Origin: an uncultured Acidimicrobiaceae bacterium | Lineage (GTDB): Bacteria; Actinomycetota; Acidimicrobiia; Acidimicrobiales; Bog-793 | DNA: 64,000 nucleotides | Assembly (NCBI GenBank): GCA_963823945.1 | Contig: CAWGNK010000008.1 | Span: 30,469 to 94,468 of the forward strand | Reading direction: 5' to 3' | Part shown: in pieces, positions 60,850 through 64,000 of the stretch | Layout of the letters: each line of letters opens with the position of its first letter | Position numbering within the stretch: the first letter of the stretch is position 1 | The notes under the pieces: model-generated | Told to the model about the DNA's origin: nothing | Databases searched by the model: none | Seen by the model: only the letters and a program-made list of their open reading frames with translations | Made by a program: the position numbers and the translations under genes

Positions 60850-61109
60850 TGCAACCACCTAGTTCGCTCGATGGTAAGGCTAGAAGCTATGAACTGCACT
60901 CTTGTAAACGTTCTTGCGCCGGACCGTTCAGCCTATTTGCTTGCTAGAAACTGTCGCGAGCACAAGACCGGTCACTTTGACTGAACTCCGCTTATTCCCG
61001 AAGAGCCCTCAAAGTGCTCGCCTTCTCGATCAGCATCTATAACCGTGCAATGGTTCGCGGGCCGGGTGAAAGGGTTTCCTTTATGCAGCAGACCCGATCG
61101 ACCTCGCGG

Positions 61110-61146
61110 CGGTTACGGCGCGGCTCAACAAGTGCGACCGTAACCG
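61110..61146 (-). terminator. 9-bp stem hairpin 12 nt after the stop of the 504-aa gene
   Basis: CGGTTACGG (61110-61118) and CCGTAACCG (61138-61146) with a 19-nt loop. There is no U-tract, so terminator function is uncertain. Confidence 0.25.
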
Positions 61147-61157
61147 TATCGATCGGA

Positions 61158-62672
61158 TCAGATTCGATGGCGAAGATCTTCGGGTCGCGCAAGAAGTCTC
61201 AGGAAGTAGAGGTACGCAAGATCAGGAAGATCGACTGGTAGCTTGCCGTCGTGCGAGATCAGAAGTGCCCGGTCGTGTTCCGATCTCAATTGCCGGCCGC
61301 CCGAGGAGCCGAATGAGTGCCCACTGTTTCGGAGGACTCGGAGGTACATCGCGGCTGCCGAAGCCCGCGTCACGTCGCGCTCGGTGCCATCACGATTCGG
61401 TATGCGAACGCCGGCGTCGCTCACCCTCGACGGGAGAAAGAAACCATCCTGCACGCGCTCCAGTGCATCACGTCCCGCTTGTGCACGGGGAAAGATCACG
61501 CGGGCTGCATTCGAGTCGAGAGTAGCGTTCACCTGTTCGAGTGCCGTATCAGCGGTAGAGAGTTCGCACATTTGGTCGAAGTCGGGACTCCTGATTCCTG
61601 CGATCGAATCGATCAGATCGAACATGAGCGAGCGTCTGCCCTGCGGATCCCGGTCGTTCGCCGCGAGGACTTGCGCGTTTCGGAAGACCTGTTCGAACGT
61701 GAGAAGGGTCTCGAAGTTGCGCATCGAGTTGAACGTGCCGTCATTGTTCCGGTACCGAACTGGATCGGTGATCTCGTTGAAGAGCGTGCCGAGGTACTTG
61801 ACCCACCAGCGCAACGCTGCTTCGATGTCCCTCGGGCCGATCGAAGGTGCCATCGTGGCGGAGAGCCGCCCAATCGGTAGGAATAGTTGGAGGAGTTCTG
61901 ACGCCTCGCTCCGACGACCGATGAGGGCCTGTCCGAAGCTGTAGACGATCACGCCACCGGGACGGGGAACAGGCACTGCCCAAACCCACGGTGATAGCGA
62001 GGTGAGGAGCGGCGCGAGGTACGCGCTGAATCCGAAGACCGTGTCGGGGAAAAGCCAGCGGCCCGAGCTGAACATCAGCTGGTCGCTACCCGCCTGCGGG
62101 CGTCGAACCAGCAGAGCGGGGTCGTCTTCCGTTTGGAGGAGCAGCCTCACGCCCGCGTACCGCTGGGCGATCTCGGGCGAGAATCTGAGCAGGTAGCACT
62201 CCATGCCTGGCAACGCTCCGACTGAGTTGCGGAGTACATCTCGAACCTGAGCGGGCAGAGCCTCGTCACGGATGTTCTGAGTCGCCAGTAGCACCGAATA
62301 CATCGCTGCCGCGAAATCGTCCCGTCGCTCGTTCGCAATTCGCTCCAACTCGTCTTGAATCACCTTCGGGTCAGGCAGAGTGATCCCGGCTGGCGTCTTG
62401 AGTTCCTTCAAGAGGTCGAACGAACACATGTCGTCAAGGTTCGAGGCGTCTGCGAGCTTCGCGACGCTTATCAGCTCGGGCTGACCACCTTCGTTTTCGA
62501 GGAGCAGCCGTATGTTCCATTCCGAGGCTTCAGGTGCCGCCACCTCGGCGTGCCAGCCCGCGCTGGCTGCGAATCCGGCAGGGTCGCCGTCCCACAGCCA
62601 CCCTGGCAAGGCGACGCGCACGGCTTCAGGAGCGTAGGGATCCCCGGGAGTTTGAGCCGGCGCCTCGTTCAT
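61158..62672 (-). CDS. Orphan 504-aa protein, translationally coupled to the upstream kinase
   Basis: ATG at 62672 (MNEAPAQTPG) overlaps the kinase TGA (ATGA at 62669-62672). GGAGG (62678-62682 on the minus strand) lies 5 nt upstream. No TM helix, P-loop or known motif recognised. Confidence 0.7.
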   Translation of the reverse strand: MNEAPAQTPGDPYAPEAVRVALPGWLWDGDPAGFAASAGWHAEVAAPEASEWNIRLLLENEGGQPELISVAKLADASNLDDMCSFDLLKELKTPAGITLPDPKVIQDELERIANERRDDFAAAMYSVLLATQNIRDEALPAQVRDVLRNSVGALPGMECYLLRFSPEIAQRYAGVRLLLQTEDDPALLVRRPQAGSDQLMFSSGRWLFPDTVFGFSAYLAPLLTSLSPWVWAVPVPRPGGVIVYSFGQALIGRRSEASELLQLFLPIGRLSATMAPSIGPRDIEAALRWWVKYLGTLFNEITDPVRYRNNDGTFNSMRNFETLLTFEQVFRNAQVLAANDRDPQGRRSLMFDLIDSIAGIRSPDFDQMCELSTADTALEQVNATLDSNAARVIFPRAQAGRDALERVQDGFFLPSRVSDAGVRIPNRDGTERDVTRASAAAMYLRVLRNSGHSFGSSGGRQLRSEHDRALLISHDGKLPVDLPDLAYLYFLRLLARPEDLRHRI

Positions 62673-64000
62673 GCTCGCCTCCAGCTGCCACTTGGATCGC
62701 GCTCTGGCATTTGTGGAGGATGCACGAGCGATCCCGCAGCAGCAGCAGCGAACCAGCTCGCCCACCGGTCGATGAATTCAGCGAGCCGACTGGCCTCGAT
62801 GCGCATGAAAGGCCACGCCACCTGCACCTCAGCCATGCCGGCCCACAGAGCCTTCGCGGCGTTCTCGCCGGGATCGAGGGCAAAGGGATCCTCGCGGTCG
62901 GTGCGCGCGAGAAGTGGCGACCACATGAATGCCGTCTCGAACCAAACGAACTCGCCAGCCACTTGCGCGTCGCAGTACCAAAGGGAGTGGCTGCGGCCTT
63001 CGTAGCCGGAACGGTCAGCGCGGCGATGCACGCTGATAGTCGCAACAGCAACTACGTCGAAGGCCGGCGGCTCCCAGCTTCCCCAGTTGCTCGAGCTGCA
63101 CGGCCTTCCCTGCGACACCGAAAGGATTGCCTCGCCTAAGTGAAGCGCCTCTGAGGAAGCCCCCCTTCGTTCGTGCATGGCAGAAGGCGCAGCGTCCTCG
63201 ACCGCCGTGAGGAGGTCGGTGGTGATTCGCTGGAGCCCGTAACCGGCAGTATTGACTAGCTGCCTCCATCCCTCCGTAGCGCTGGCCCGAACAGATGCTT
63301 CGCGCGACGCTTCGCGACGCTGCGCGATGAGTGTCTGATCGACCTGCTGCAAAGCAGCTAGCCCAGCAAATCGCGGAGACGTCAACGCGCCTCTGAGGCG
63401 GGTGAGAAGCTTGGCGGGCGTGGGCCGCGCTTCGGGGGACTTGAAAAGACATTCGTCAAGCAGCGACACGAGCGCCGTGGGAGCGCCTTCAAGCTGCGGC
63501 GGTTGCCCATGAAGGTGCTGCTCCCTGAACTCCTCAGTCGTGGGGCCGGCGAATGGCAGCGAACCAGAGAGCATCTCGAACCCGATGATTCCGAGCGAGT
63601 AGACATCGGTCGCGCTCGTCGCGCGTTCGAAGCGCCACCGCTCGGGAGCCGCGTACTGCACCGAGAGCGCGAACTTCTGAGTGTCCGGAGAGGTCGTAGC
63701 TTCCGCATATCGGGAGATTCCGAAGTCCGCTAGACACCAGTGTCCCTCGAGCAACAGGAGGTTCTCTGGCTTTACGTCTCGATGTACCACCCGGCCTCCG
63801 AGATGGTCGAGAGCCGTGGCCACATCCCGAAGAACTGCGATCGCCGTCTTCAAATCGGTCCGTCCACCTTCGTCGGTAAGGAGCTGGCGGAGCGATCGCT
63901 CGGCAAGTGGCATGACGATCACAAAAGAGTCATCGGTCTCGCCGCTATCAACAATAGGGATCACATTTCTCGCCGGTCCGAGATCGACGAAGAGGAGCTC
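62669..64000 (-). CDS. Hanks-type Ser/Thr protein kinase with ~260-aa uncharacterised C-terminal domain; N-terminus outside the window
   Basis: The frame stays open to position 64000 (ELLFVDLGPARNVIPIVDSGE...). Catalytic loop VVHRDVKPENLLL, then ADFGISR (DFG) and YAAPERW (APE). Confidence 0.85.
   Translation of the reverse strand, partial: ELLFVDLGPARNVIPIVDSGETDDSFVIVMPLAERSLRQLLTDEGGRTDLKTAIAVLRDVATALDHLGGRVVHRDVKPENLLLLEGHWCLADFGISRYAEATTSPDTQKFALSVQYAAPERWRFERATSATDVYSLGIIGFEMLSGSLPFAGPTTEEFREQHLHGQPPQLEGAPTALVSLLDECLFKSPEARPTPAKLLTRLRGALTSPRFAGLAALQQVDQTLIAQRREASREASVRASATEGWRQLVNTAGYGLQRITTDLLTAVEDAAPSAMHERRGASSEALHLGEAILSVSQGRPCSSSNWGSWEPPAFDVVAVATISVHRRADRSGYEGRSHSLWYCDAQVAGEFVWFETAFMWSPLLARTDREDPFALDPGENAAKALWAGMAEVQVAWPFMRIEASRLAEFIDRWASWFAAAAAGSLVHPPQMPERDPSGSWRRA

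Larger units (their letters stand above)
58289..64000. mobile_element. Integrative genomic island at the tRNA-Leu(GAG) 3' end (right boundary outside the window)
   Basis: A tyrosine integrase starts 136 nt after the tRNA. Composition is AT-richer (31/60 G+C at 60901-60960 versus 41/60 at 12001-12060, counted by hand). The cargo consists of non-housekeeping orphan genes. Confidence 0.7.

Overview
High-GC, Actinomycetota-like chromosome segment. Gene calls come from motif reading of the supplied ORF track plus my own translation; no database search was possible. The backbone is housekeeping and syntenic. It contains an SDR epimerase (cut at the left edge), aldehyde dehydrogenase and gabT, two ABC-2 exporter pairs, and two ECF sigma loci. 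It also contains deoC, an ABC1/UbiB kinase, a fabD-fabH-fabG-acpP-fabF operon with ATGA/GTGA start-stop overlaps, a secreted GH16 glucanase, an OSBS-like enolase and an ANTAR response regulator. The rest of the backbone is a DtxR-family regulator, polA, rpsA, coaE, uvrB, uvrA, nadA, uvrC, a SAM methyltransferase, rapZ, gap-pgk-tpiA-secG and an orphan family-5 solute-binding protein. Many long Arg/Gly/Pro-rich ORFs in the track are out-of-frame or antisense shadows of these genes and are rejected. Three visibly AT-richer accessory segments interrupt the backbone. (a) ~18.4-21.6 kb lies next to tRNA-Leu(CAA) and has no integrase. (b) ~39.5-47.8 kb lies between uvrA and nadA and encodes mostly signal-peptide proteins. 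(c) 58.3 kb to the window end begins at tRNA-Leu(GAG) with a tyrosine integrase. The best candidate for an undescribed system is in (c): a minus-strand cluster of a Hanks Ser/Thr kinase (N-lobe outside the window), a translationally coupled 504-aa orphan protein, and a protein with a HEPN-type RNQVAH motif. Other notable items: two short repeat families confined to the accessory segments, one carrying a conserved 13-15 codon sORF (MSTISDWRLxPW) upstream of unrelated cargo genes; a membrane-anchored protein with 30 uninterrupted collagen-like Gly-X-Y triplets directly upstream of an ECF sigma gene; and a FabD with a C-terminal biotinyl/lipoyl-like tail lacking the modifiable lysine. No CRISPR array, rRNA or transposase was seen.
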